From positions 1,426,001 through 1,490,000 of the forward strand of contig OZ251226.1 of the NCBI GenBank assembly GCA_965240325.2: a stretch of DNA of 64,000 nucleotides. Reading direction: 5' to 3'. Both the position numbers and the translations under genes were made by a program. The notes under the pieces are model-generated. The model was given only the letters and a program-made list of their open reading frames with translations, did no database searches and was not told the DNA's origin. Positions 54,338 to 64,000 of this stretch are shown here, in pieces (position 1 is the first letter of the stretch; every line of letters begins with the position of its first letter). The stretch comes from Rebecca billardiae RCC1528 (taxonomy: Eukaryota; Protista; Haptophyta).

Positions 54338-56701
54338 ATGCCAGCGCAACATGTGTACCGCACGCGCCGGCGTGAGGCAGAAGAGCGGCGCGCACTGAGT
54401 GTGCGTGCAGCGTCTCTCGCGTCGGCACTGTGCGCCCTGGCCGTGTTCGCGTTGCGCAGCAGCAGCGGCAGCGGCAGTCACTGGTGGGCAGGCCCATTGG
54501 TTACGCTGAGTGAGCCGGTGGACGACGACCTCCCCCAAGCTGTGCTCGGTGAGCAATCGACGCTTCTCGGCGATTGGATCTCCTCGGGCAGCACATCCGA
54601 GCACACCGAGCATTGGGCGGACACGTCGCATCTGCGCGACCTTTCGCGCGAGGCTGAGAGCGCAGAGCTGTGTGCGCCCCAGCAATCCACTCCGATGCAG
54701 ATGGGCAACCCTGCGCGCCCCTTCAGCGAGCTCATCCCCGAGGACGCCGCTGGACCACCGGAAGCACCTTCTGTCGAGCCCTCGGCACCGGGCTCCAACC
54801 TTACGGCCGGCTCGCCGGAGGGTTTGACTGGCCCATGCGTGTGCGGCGCTGCAGAATGCGACGCTTTCTGCGCGAGCGTGGACGAGCGTGCATCACGCGC
54901 AGAGGCGCGCGCGCGCCGGCTGAGCGCTCGGCTGCTGGGCGCCCACGCGCGGACGAGCAAGCTGGTCGATCGGTTGATGGCGACTGACCACGAACCCACG
55001 GCAAGCCCAGCTGCAGCGGCCGAGCACGCACCGCCCCCGTCGGGAGGATGGTGGGGTTGGGCGCTGTCTGTCCTCGTAGGCATCGGCCTCGGCTACACGT
55101 GCGGCGCGCGCACGCGCGAGCCCGCACCGAGCTCGTTCGAGACCGACGCGCACCCAGCGAGCGCGTACCCGCGGCACTCCTACGAGCCCTACGAGCCTGA
55201 CGAGGACGAGCGCTCGGCGGCGCACACGCCCACGCCGATTGTGCTGCGCTCGCCGCGGCGAGACGAGCGCCCGGGCGCTCCGGACGCGGCAGCGCACACG
55301 CCAACGACGCCGGCGGACGCTGGTGCCGTGCGGCCGCGCGCGGCGTGCACCTCGGCCGAGGCGCCCGTCGCGGCCTGCAGCCCACCCAGGGCGGTGGCGA
55401 GTGCGCCCGCACACACCGCCACGCCGAGCACGCCTCCGCGCGCGGCAGGCGCAGCGGCGCGGCAGAGCATGTTGGACACGCCCACGCCGCCGACGCCCCC
55501 GGACGGCGCACCGCCATCCGCGCCACACGGCGCTCGCCTGGACGGTGGGAGCGCGCACACCACCCCCACGCGGCCTGCTGCAGAGCACACGGCTGAGGAG
55601 GCGCCCGCAGCCTCGCCGCGCGTCAGGCGCGTGCCGGCGCTGGTGGCTGTCAGCCTGCCGACGGTGGAGATCGGCGGCGCGCCACATCGAGCCCCAAAGC
55701 CCAGCGGCGCGCAGCCGGCGGCTCGGCTGCGGCTCCGCCTCCTTACGCCTGCGCTGCTTGCGCTCGGCACGGGCGCGCTGCTGCTGTGGGCGTTTTGCCT
55801 CCTGGCGCCCGTGCTCCAGCTCTCGCGCGGCGCGGCCGAGCTCGGCGCGCGCGCCGTCGGCGAGGAGGCGCTGGAGCTGCGCCGAGATCGCGAGCACTTG
55901 CTCGAGATCGCGGCGGGGCTGTCCAGCGCGAGCCGAGAGGCCGCCAGCTGGCGCGAGGAGCGCGCGCGCGAGCAACCCTCGGAGCGCGTCGGCAGCAAGC
56001 CGCGACGCGCTCCGATGCGACGCGACGCGCAGCTCGGGACACACCCGACTGTGGTGCAGGCCCTGGACAAGCTGGCTCCGCAGCCGGTGCACGCGCAGGG
56101 CTGGCGCGCGTGGGGCACCATGTGGCTCAAGGTGGCCACCGACTCGCTGTCCAGGCGCACGCAGCAGGGCGCCAGCGTGCTCTCGGGCTCCGCCGACTCG
56201 CTGCGGCGCGCGCAAACGCTCGCGCACCAAGCGCTGAGCACCACGGGCGGAGCCGTCGCGCAGGTCGGCAGAGGCGTGGCCGCTGCCTCGGCGCAGACAG
56301 CCTCACGTGCCACCGACGCGGTCAGCAGTGGCAAGGCCCGCCTCCAGCACTTCGTCGAACGCGCGCGCAGCCAGACGAGGCGCGCAAGGGCCGCCCTGGC
56401 CGGCGGCACAGCGCGGCTCCAGCGGCTGGGCAAGCGCGCGAGAGGCCGCGCCTCGAGCGGCAAGGAGCGGCTGCAAAGGCTCGTTGCGCGCGCCAGGACG
56501 CCGACGGCAACGAGCTGGCAACCTCCCCCAGACCCGGCGTCCGCGTCGATGAGCTTCGAGGCCGGCAGTGCTGACGACTGTCAGAGCATGCCCACGGCCG
56601 CCTCCATGATCACGTGCATGCAGATGGCATCGTCGGACGGGTGGGACGACGCCAATGACGGCGACGGCCGAGAGGCCGACCCAACAGCATCGTTGCCATG
56701 A
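54338..56701 (+). CDS. Hypothetical multi-pass membrane protein with Pro/Thr-rich linker and amphipathic C-terminal repeats
   Basis: Uninterrupted frame of ~787 aa with three hydrophobic segments (ASALCALAVFAL, WALSVLVGIGLGY, LLALGTGALLLWAFCLLAP). It has repeated AHT(P/T)xP motifs and repeated G(K/T)ARLQ units. Confidence 0.6.
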   Translation: MPAQHVYRTRRREAEERRALSVRAASLASALCALAVFALRSSSGSGSHWWAGPLVTLSEPVDDDLPQAVLGEQSTLLGDWISSGSTSEHTEHWADTSHLRDLSREAESAELCAPQQSTPMQMGNPARPFSELIPEDAAGPPEAPSVEPSAPGSNLTAGSPEGLTGPCVCGAAECDAFCASVDERASRAEARARRLSARLLGAHARTSKLVDRLMATDHEPTASPAAAAEHAPPPSGGWWGWALSVLVGIGLGYTCGARTREPAPSSFETDAHPASAYPRHSYEPYEPDEDERSAAHTPTPIVLRSPRRDERPGAPDAAAHTPTTPADAGAVRPRAACTSAEAPVAACSPPRAVASAPAHTATPSTPPRAAGAAARQSMLDTPTPPTPPDGAPPSAPHGARLDGGSAHTTPTRPAAEHTAEEAPAASPRVRRVPALVAVSLPTVEIGGAPHRAPKPSGAQPAARLRLRLLTPALLALGTGALLLWAFCLLAPVLQLSRGAAELGARAVGEEALELRRDREHLLEIAAGLSSASREAASWREERAREQPSERVGSKPRRAPMRRDAQLGTHPTVVQALDKLAPQPVHAQGWRAWGTMWLKVATDSLSRRTQQGASVLSGSADSLRRAQTLAHQALSTTGGAVAQVGRGVAAASAQTASRATDAVSSGKARLQHFVERARSQTRRARAALAGGTARLQRLGKRARGRASSGKERLQRLVARARTPTATSWQPPPDPASASMSFEAGSADDCQSMPTAASMITCMQMASSDGWDDANDGDGREADPTASLP

Positions 56702-58325
56702 CTCAGACGATATATGCTGATCATACAGGATTACAGCTAGAGAGACGAGCTATCAGCAGAGAGAGAGCAGACGACGATATGATGACAGCAGATGATGACG
56801 TACTAGCTGACGAGACATCATCGTCGTCGCTCGGACAGTTCGGCGTCACTGACACTCACTAGCTTACTCAGTAGTCAGTCAGCAGCGCTCTGCGCTGTCT
56901 GTCTCAGTCTGCGACTGCAGCGCAGTCGTAGTCTGACATATATTTTTAATATATTATAAAATACAAATATAATAAATAATATAAATAAAACTCGTGCCCT
57001 GGCGGGCGGGGGGGTCGGCGGGCCGTGCCAGTGCTGTCGCAATGTATCCTTTGCGGGTTCGCGTCTGCTTTCCACATTCGCTCCGGTGGCCGTCGGGGTG
57101 ACGGACAGTCAAGTGCAAGGACCAGTGACACGTGAAGTTGGCTCTCTGACGTGTACACACGTCTCGCGGTCTGTACTCTTAGTAGTATGCGCATCACTCC
57201 ATCAGCGAGGCCCACACCCACGAGGGAATCACGAGCGCGTTGACGTTCACGCGGTCGTCGCTTCTCGCCTCTGTTCGGCATGAGGAGCTTAATGTTGGTT
57301 GTGCGCGCGCGCGCGCAAAGCGACAGCGTGTGCCACTCGCGATCGAGAGTGGGCAAGCGATGCTCACGCGGGCACACGAATCGCAGCGCATCCGTCACCG
57401 GCGTCACGACTTCCGCCTCGTCCCGCAGCGCCTGCGCCATGGACGAGGATGGCGCGGCGATGTTGCATCAGCTCGACGTTTCCGATCTCTGTGCGGATGG
57501 CATCACGGGCTTGTCTGTGTCGCGCTGCGGCGAGGGTCGCCAACTCGCGAAGACGCGGTTGCTGCCACGGCGACAGACCCGGGAGGTGCGTCCGCTGCGC
57601 GTCGTACGCCGTTGGCGTTGCGCTTCCGTCGCATTGGTCACCGTCGACGCCATGCAGGCCGGACGTGGGCTTGTCGGCTGAGGGACCGGACCGCGAGCGA
57701 GGACTGAGTCCGGTGCGCGGATTCCGGCGATCGAGTTCAGAAGGCCGCGCCAAAGCTTGCGTCGCGTGCGATGGCGCTTCCCGCCCGCGAGACGCCTCGT
57801 GATGAGGGCCTTTCCGCACCGAGCCCGACGCGCCGCGGTGGATCGCGCGAGGCGGTCATCGTGCGCAGCGCATGATGCTATGGCCGGTGCGAGCGCTCGA
57901 CGTGCACGTCGGGCGCGGATCGCCCCAGGTCGCACGATCGTGTCGACGCGCCGAGCGTACCGCTCCAAACGCGTCGATTTAGCCCCCGTTCGACCTGCAC
58001 GCGAGACGACGAGGGCAGCAATCGCGAATCGGGCGAAAACCCCCCTCGGAAGTCCTCTCACGATGTCCGCGCTGGCGTTGGATTTGGCGCGCGCCGCCCA
58101 TGCGCTCCGCGCCATCGGGGAGATGTTTTCGGCCGAGCGTCCCCAGTGGGAGCTGCGAGGGCGCCCGGTAGTGAGCGAAGCGATTTTCTTTTCTTGGCAA
58201 GGCGATTTTCTTTTTTCTTTTTCTTTTTATTAACTTTTTCCCGGGCACTACAAGGGGCGGACCTACGGCCCGCCATACAAGCATTTAGCTAGCTCAGTGT
58301 CGTCATAGCATCTCTGATCTCATCA

Positions 58326-59792
58326 TCAGTCATCGACCGACAGACGGCGACGATGATCTGGATCATTGGACGATGATGATGCTGTGCTGCGGATAGCAGC
58401 TTCCACCTCGTGCATGCGCCTTCGGTGTGCGAGATGGAGGGCCGTAGCGCCATTCGAGAGCCGCACGTGTACGCGCGCGCGATCGGCACCTTGCTCGAGA
58501 AGAGCAAGGGCCACATCGACGTGGCCGTACTCGATGGCAGTGATGAGCGGCGTCCACCCACGCATGGACGGCAGCTGGGAGGCGTGACACGGGGCTCGGA
58601 GGAGCGCCCGGACGGCGGCTGCGTGCCCATTTTCCGCAGCGGCATGGAGGGCGGTGGCCCCGTTTGCATACTCTGTATTGCGCTCGGGGTAGTACGCCAG
58701 TTGGCGTGCTGCAGCGTCGCCGCTCGGTGCAACCACGGCCCCCGTGTAGTCAGCCGGTGGCCGGAGCGTGAGGTCGGCATCGGCACCGCCCGCGCACAAC
58801 TCAGTGATGGCCTGCACCAGCCCTCGCTGGGCAGCGAGGTACAGCGGAGCCGTGTCCCCAGCGAGGAGCGCGTTCGGATCGGCGGCGCATGGCTCGCGCA
58901 GAAGTGCGCGCACAGCGGATATGGCATTGCTGTCGGCAGCTGTGTGCAGTGGCGTGGCGCCCGTCCTGGTCCGCTTCTGCACAGCGCCGGGGGTGTGCGC
59001 GCACAGGCGTGTGACGACTGCGGCATGGTCGAGCTCTGCGGCAAAGTGAAGTGCAGTCGTGCCCGCAAATGGGTGAGCTCGCGTGCAGTCAGCCCCAGCT
59101 GCGAGGAGCGCCTGGACGACGCCTTCATGGCCCATCGCGGCCGCAGCCTGCAGGGCCGTCGCGCCGTGGGCTGCTCCGGTCTCCAGCGCCGCACCGTGCG
59201 CCAACAAGCGCCGCACAGTCTGCACATTGCCACCAGTCGACGCGATAAGCAGCGGCGTCGATCCATCCGCCGCGGGTGCGTCGACGTCAGCGCCGCCGGC
59301 CAGCAGGTCGTCGATGGCGCGTAGGTTCCCCATACCTGCCGCCACATGCAGCGGAGCACCGCCTGACTGCAAGGCAGGCACCAGGCCAAAGGGGATCAGC
59401 AGCCGGGCTGAATCTACATGCCCAGCGCGGTTGGCATAGAAGTGATGCACGGCCTCGTCTTCTGTTAGCTCGGCTGCGATCAGATCCACCGCCTTCGCGT
59501 CCACCAAGCCATGCTGGTTTGGGACCACGACTACGTTCCACGCCGGTAGGACGTGCACGAGCAGCTCCTCTGGATTTGAAAGAGGCAGGCCCCTGCCGTG
59601 CGGCACGAGAGCCGTGAATGCGCGGGACGGGCCAACGGCGATCTCGACGGGCGAGAATCGCACGAGCTCGGACTGCGCATCGACACCGACAGACGATGCC
59701 ACGATGATTACCGCGAATGCCAGTCGGCATTCGCGTACCACGGCATTCGCGTGGGAGGGGGGAGCCCTGGTCCTTGGGACAGCGGCATCCAT
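58326..59792 (-). CDS. Ankyrin-repeat protein with N-terminal hydrophobic segment
   Basis: About 9 ankyrin units (APLHVAA, STPLLIA, ATALQAAA, TTALHFAA, ATPLHTAA, APLYLAA, ATALHAAA, WTPLITA, ATALHLA). LAFAVIIVASSVGVDA is a signal-like stretch. Confidence 0.88.
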   Translation of the reverse strand: MDAAVPRTRAPPSHANAVVRECRLAFAVIIVASSVGVDAQSELVRFSPVEIAVGPSRAFTALVPHGRGLPLSNPEELLVHVLPAWNVVVVPNQHGLVDAKAVDLIAAELTEDEAVHHFYANRAGHVDSARLLIPFGLVPALQSGGAPLHVAAGMGNLRAIDDLLAGGADVDAPAADGSTPLLIASTGGNVQTVRRLLAHGAALETGAAHGATALQAAAAMGHEGVVQALLAAGADCTRAHPFAGTTALHFAAELDHAAVVTRLCAHTPGAVQKRTRTGATPLHTAADSNAISAVRALLREPCAADPNALLAGDTAPLYLAAQRGLVQAITELCAGGADADLTLRPPADYTGAVVAPSGDAAARQLAYYPERNTEYANGATALHAAAENGHAAAVRALLRAPCHASQLPSMRGWTPLITAIEYGHVDVALALLEQGADRARVHVRLSNGATALHLAHRRRMHEVEAAIRSTASSSSNDPDHRRRLSVDD

Positions 59793-60224
59793 CGTGATCG
59801 TTCGTACAGTTTACTATGTTTTAACGTGCACACTTGGTTAAGGCGTGATTGACGCCATCCAACAGCACTGCACAAAGACACCGCCACAAAACAGACCGGC
59901 GTAGGTAGGTGAGGGGCGCGTTGCCGCACCTCATCGAGGCGGCCATTACGCAGGCAGGCGACGATCAGGGCGCTCCAGCGCGCAGGCGGGCCCGGGCGGC
60001 GGAGGCACCATAGCCTGGAACGGCAGCGTAGTCGTCATCCGGCATGCGCTGTCGGCTGTAGGTAGTTACTACCCCCATAGTAGTATTTTAATTTTTTAGT
60101 GACAGTGATATGTCACACGTGTCACGACGTAACTAAGCTATAGTGCATGCAATACACATCGACATATGCGTAGATATTGGTGAGCAGCAACAACATGATG
60201 ATTGAACACTAGCGCGCGCATCAA

Positions 60225-63200
60225 TCACATCGCCGTGTTGCGCCTGGCCTCCATCGCGATGGAGTTGTTATTGGTCTGGCGTGAGGTTGTGGCCTGGCCC
60301 TTGTAGCTGGTGGATGCCAGCCTTTCCGTGTTCTGACGGACGGCTCGCATCTGATCCACCAAGTCGGCAACCTGCAGCGGCCGGCACGGGCGAGGAGAGG
60401 ACAGAGGCGCAAGGGAGGCAGCGCAGTCGGTCAGCAAGCAAGCAAGGCGCCGCATCAGCTCCACCGCAGCCGCCCGGGGTCGCGCGCACCTTCTGCTGCA
60501 GGGTGCGCAGAGCCTCGCCGAGCACATCCTGGACAGGAGCATCAAGAACCCATTTCTTCACCATCGGGTAGATGTTATCCAGGACGTAGTCGCGCTGGTT
60601 GCGCGCAGACTCCTCAAAGTTTCGGAACTCCTCGAAGATCTCCGGCATCTGTGGGGCGCGGGGAGACAGCGAGCGCGCGAGGGATGGCGGGCGTGACGTG
60701 AGGCGCTGGGACGACATACATAGGGCTCGCGCCAATCGACCTCGTGGAGTGCTCGCGTGCCCCGCGCGAGACGCACCTCATCCGCAAGAACGGGGCCCTG
60801 ACGGCGCTCCATGTCGCGAGCCTCCTCCACGATGACCGTGAAATAGTGGATGCCCTCCTGCTGCGACTCCATCCAGTCGCGCAGCTGGTCGGCGGTCTCG
60901 AGCATCTCCTCAAGGCTGCCGATCGCCGACTCGTCCGCGGCGAGCAGCTTCTCCTCAAACTGGTCCACCCTCTCCTTCCGAGGGCGCGCATCTGGGTCTC
61001 CGCACACGCCGCCGCGCGACGAGATGAGCGAGCGGATGATGGGGTGCTCCTCGGGCTCCTCGCGGATGGCGTCGTCGAGCGGGGTGTGGCCGAAGCCGTC
61101 CACCGCGTTGACGTTGATACCCTGCACAGTTAGCAGGTAGTTGCACGCCGACAGCTTCACCGAGGACGCGGCCACATGCAGTGGCGTGCGGCCCATCGCG
61201 TCCTGCACGTTCACCTCGCACCTGAAGCGAATGAGCCGCTGGATCTGGTCGACGTCGTCGTGGAAAGCCGCCTCGCACATCCACAGCGCAGGGTCGAACC
61301 TGCCGAGATGCGCCGAGTTGGCGAGCAGCAGGTCGACGCACGCGTCGTTCTTGGAGAGCAGCGCGTCCTGCAGCGGCGTCACGCCCCAGCGGTCGCGCGC
61401 GTTCACGTGCGCGCCGTAGTCGATGAGCAGCTCGCAGTTGCGCACCTGGCCGCACGCCGCGGCGACGTGCAGCGCCGAGCGCTTGTCGTGGTCGTTCAAG
61501 TTGACGTCCACGCCGAAGCGGCACAGCCGCATGAGCTTGACGTCGCCACCTGGCTCGCCTGCCGCGAGGCACAGGTCCTCCACCTGCGTGTCCCCGCCAC
61601 GAGTGCCGCCCTTGTTCCACAAGAGCTCGGCCACGTCGTTGTGGTTGTGCCGGAGGGCGTCGCTGAGCGGGGTGCCGTTGTGATGATCCTCCACCGCTAG
61701 ATCAGCGGACGAGTCGAGCAGGAGCTTGACGACCTCGAGGTGCCCGCCGCACGCCGCGAGGTGCAGCGCGCGCCGCCCGCTGCGGTCGCCGCGGTTGACG
61801 TCCACGCTCGTGTTCTGGATGATCTCCTTCGCGCTCGCAAGGTCGCCCTTCGCGCACGCGATGACGAGCCGGCTGAGGTGCAGGTCGTCGCGCTTCTCGC
61901 GCGCGCTCAGGAGCACCTTCTCCAGGGAGGTCTGGTTGCTTTCGTCCTGCTGTGCCGCAAGCGCAGCCTTGGCAGCCGCCCCACCCTTGGAGCTAGCCGA
62001 GTCTCCGCTCATGCGCGACATCTTCGAGCGCGCGGACATCTTCGACCTCGCCGACAACGCAGAGCGATGGCTCCCGGCTGCGACGAGGCGAGTCGCGGAG
62101 CATGGGTCGGGCGCACGCGTGAGCCATGCGCGCGTCGCGCGCACCCGCAGCGGCGCGGGGCTGACCTCTCGGGCACAGCCGTGGGCGTTGGCGCGCACCT
62201 TCGTCGTACACGTGCGTGTACTGGCGCATCGCGCTGTCCATCATCAGCCCCTCCTCCTGCGGGTACGTCTTGATCAGCGCCTTGTACGCATCGCGCGTGA
62301 GCGAGTACACGACCGTCTCCGCGCCGCTCGCCGTGCGGCCGTTCTTAAAGTGGCGGATGCTGAAGGTGAAGGACATGCTGCCCACCGTGCTGCCCGACGA
62401 GCGCACCTCGAGACCCTCGCCATCCTCAGTGGTCATGCCGACCAGGTTGAGCTGCATCTCGTCCTCGTACATCTCGATGCTGCCCGACTTGATGACGAAG
62501 AGCTCGTTGCAGACCTCGCCCATGCGGAAGACGGTCGTCTCCGGCTCGATGCGACGCTCCTTGAGCACCGAGGCGAAGCGATCCTTGAAGCCCTCCGAGC
62601 ACTCGGCGAGCAGCGAGCAGCCGCTGATGATGTGCCGGATGGTGTGCTTGGACACCTCGAGCTGGAGCGACATGGGGAGCATGTCGTACACCTGCTCCGA
62701 CTGCACGGACGAGAGCGACGCGTCCTTCAGCCGGGCGTGGAAGAACGCCTCGATCTTCGCCTTGAGGTCGCCAGGCACGCGGATGTGCGCGACGTACGAC
62801 TGCACGATCTCGAGCTGCGCGCGCTTGGCCACGATCTCGTCGTCCTGCTTCATCACGAGCGCCGAGATCTGGCCGACAGTCCACGCGTACACGGTCATGT
62901 TCACGATCATCGCGACCACGAAGAAGAGCAGCTCGGTGTACGTCGCCGGGAGCTGCGTCAGCCCGAGCGACGTCAGCATGGACATGACGAAAAAGAGGCA
63001 CATCAGGTACTGGTTTGCAAACGTCACGGACGAGAGGCGGTCATTGCCGATGTGGTCGTGCTGCGAGTCCACCACTTCCTCATAGTAGCGCAGCTGCGTC
63101 CACCACGTCACCTCGGCCCCTTCGGCCAAGGTCGAGAACGCGCACAGGTTCCAGATGCACGAACCGAGGTGCGCCGCATACAGGAGCACCCCCAGGTACA

Positions 63201-64000
63201 TCTGCAGCCCGCTGCGGAGGTCGTCATCGGGACAACGCTTCCTCCACTTGCTGATCGCAGAGCGCAGGTACCGCATGTTGATCATGCGCAGCACGCGCAG
63301 CGTGTACGGCACGAAGGCGGGCGCACCCACGGCGAGCGCGAGGAAGTTGTGCGGCCAGCACGCAAAGCAGTCGAGCGGGAAGTCCCTCGCCAAGTAGTGC
63401 CTGGCGATGCCTGCAGGATCGTAGACAGTGACCGAGTGCTGGTTGATGCTGGACACGCGGAAGCGCAGTGCGATGCGCACGATGTAGAAGATGTCTGCGC
63501 CGATGCCCATGTACAGCAGCGCCTCTGACTGCTCCGCCCTGGTGCCGAAGCAGACGGCGACCGGGATCACAATTGAATCCCACGCAGTCACGTACAGGAA
63601 GAGCGTCTCGAAGAGGCCGAACGCCTTCGAATCGTGACGCACGATGAAGCTTGGCACGGCGGCGGCTGCGGCAGCTGCCGTTGCATCACCGCCGCCGCTG
63701 TTGGCGAGCGCAAGGAGCCGCGTGGACCGAGCCATGCCGAATGCAGCGGCCACGCGCAGGCTCATGCGGCCTTTCGCGTCCAGCTGTCCGAGCAGCGGGG
63801 TGTCCTCCTCAGCGGCACTTACCCGCGCGAGGTCCCTGTCGGCGGCGTCATCCTTGTGCGCGAAGAGGGCAGCGACCAGATCTCGCCATGTCACGTCGGC
63901 CGGCGGCTTCTCAACGACGGTTGTCGTGATGTTCGCAAGCTTGATGCCGTTGGAGAAACCCACCAGGCCGCCATCGCTGCTGCTGTCATCGCTGTCGTTT
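60225..64000 (-). CDS. Cyclic-nucleotide-gated/Shaker-like cation channel (6TM + C-linker + CNBD + ankyrin repeats), 5' end outside window; exons >64000-62199, 62077-60777, 60648-60490, 60371-60225
   Basis: IARHYLARDFPLDCFACWP, S4 LRVLRMINMRYLR, pore FFVMSMLTSLGLTQLP, S6 YAWTVGQISAL, C-linker LPMSLQLEV and CNBD FRMGEVCNELFVIKSGSIE. About 7-8 ankyrin repeats follow. Three GT-AG introns keep the frame. Confidence 0.9.

Noticed and set aside
56950-58280. Possible gene or transposon in the gap before the ankyrin gene
   Set aside because: Only overlapping motif-less ORFs and a T-rich tract are present. I could not identify a transposase, terminal repeats or splice-consistent exons.

Overview
This is eukaryotic nuclear DNA with very high GC in coding regions and short GC-rich spliceosomal introns (typical donor GTGCGC, acceptor (C/T)AG). 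Several proteins carry signal-peptide plus transit-peptide presequences, which points to an alga with a complex (secondary) plastid. A haptophyte, possibly of the Pavlovales type, fits best, but that is inference. About 20 protein-coding genes can be reconstructed by hand, many in compact head-to-head pairs: a YqaJ-like nuclease (partial), sulfite oxidase, a hotdog thioesterase, a multidomain fatty-acid elongase/desaturase fusion, an MFS transporter, a kinesin-1-like motor, a double-B3 transcription factor, a Mn-type SOD with a thylakoid-lumen-type presequence, a SET methyltransferase, Rab18, an EF-hand/Hv1-like fusion, an ORANGE-like DnaJ zinc-finger protein, a giant low-complexity membrane protein, the bifunctional OHCU decarboxylase/HIU hydrolase, ALG14, a tandem acylphosphatase-like protein, an FKBP, an ankyrin protein and a CNG-like channel with ankyrin repeats (partial). 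The standout is 4990-9217, one polypeptide of about 1203 aa. It joins an apparently dead FAD6-like desaturase relic, an ELOVL6-type elongase, a delta-9 (SCD-type) desaturase and a FAD2-type (delta-12/omega) desaturase, in the order of the 16:0>18:0>18:1>18:2 pathway. Intergenic regions contain a near-perfect inverted repeat with ~420-bp arms, microsatellites and decayed gene fragments. All family assignments come from motif recognition by eye; no database search was run.
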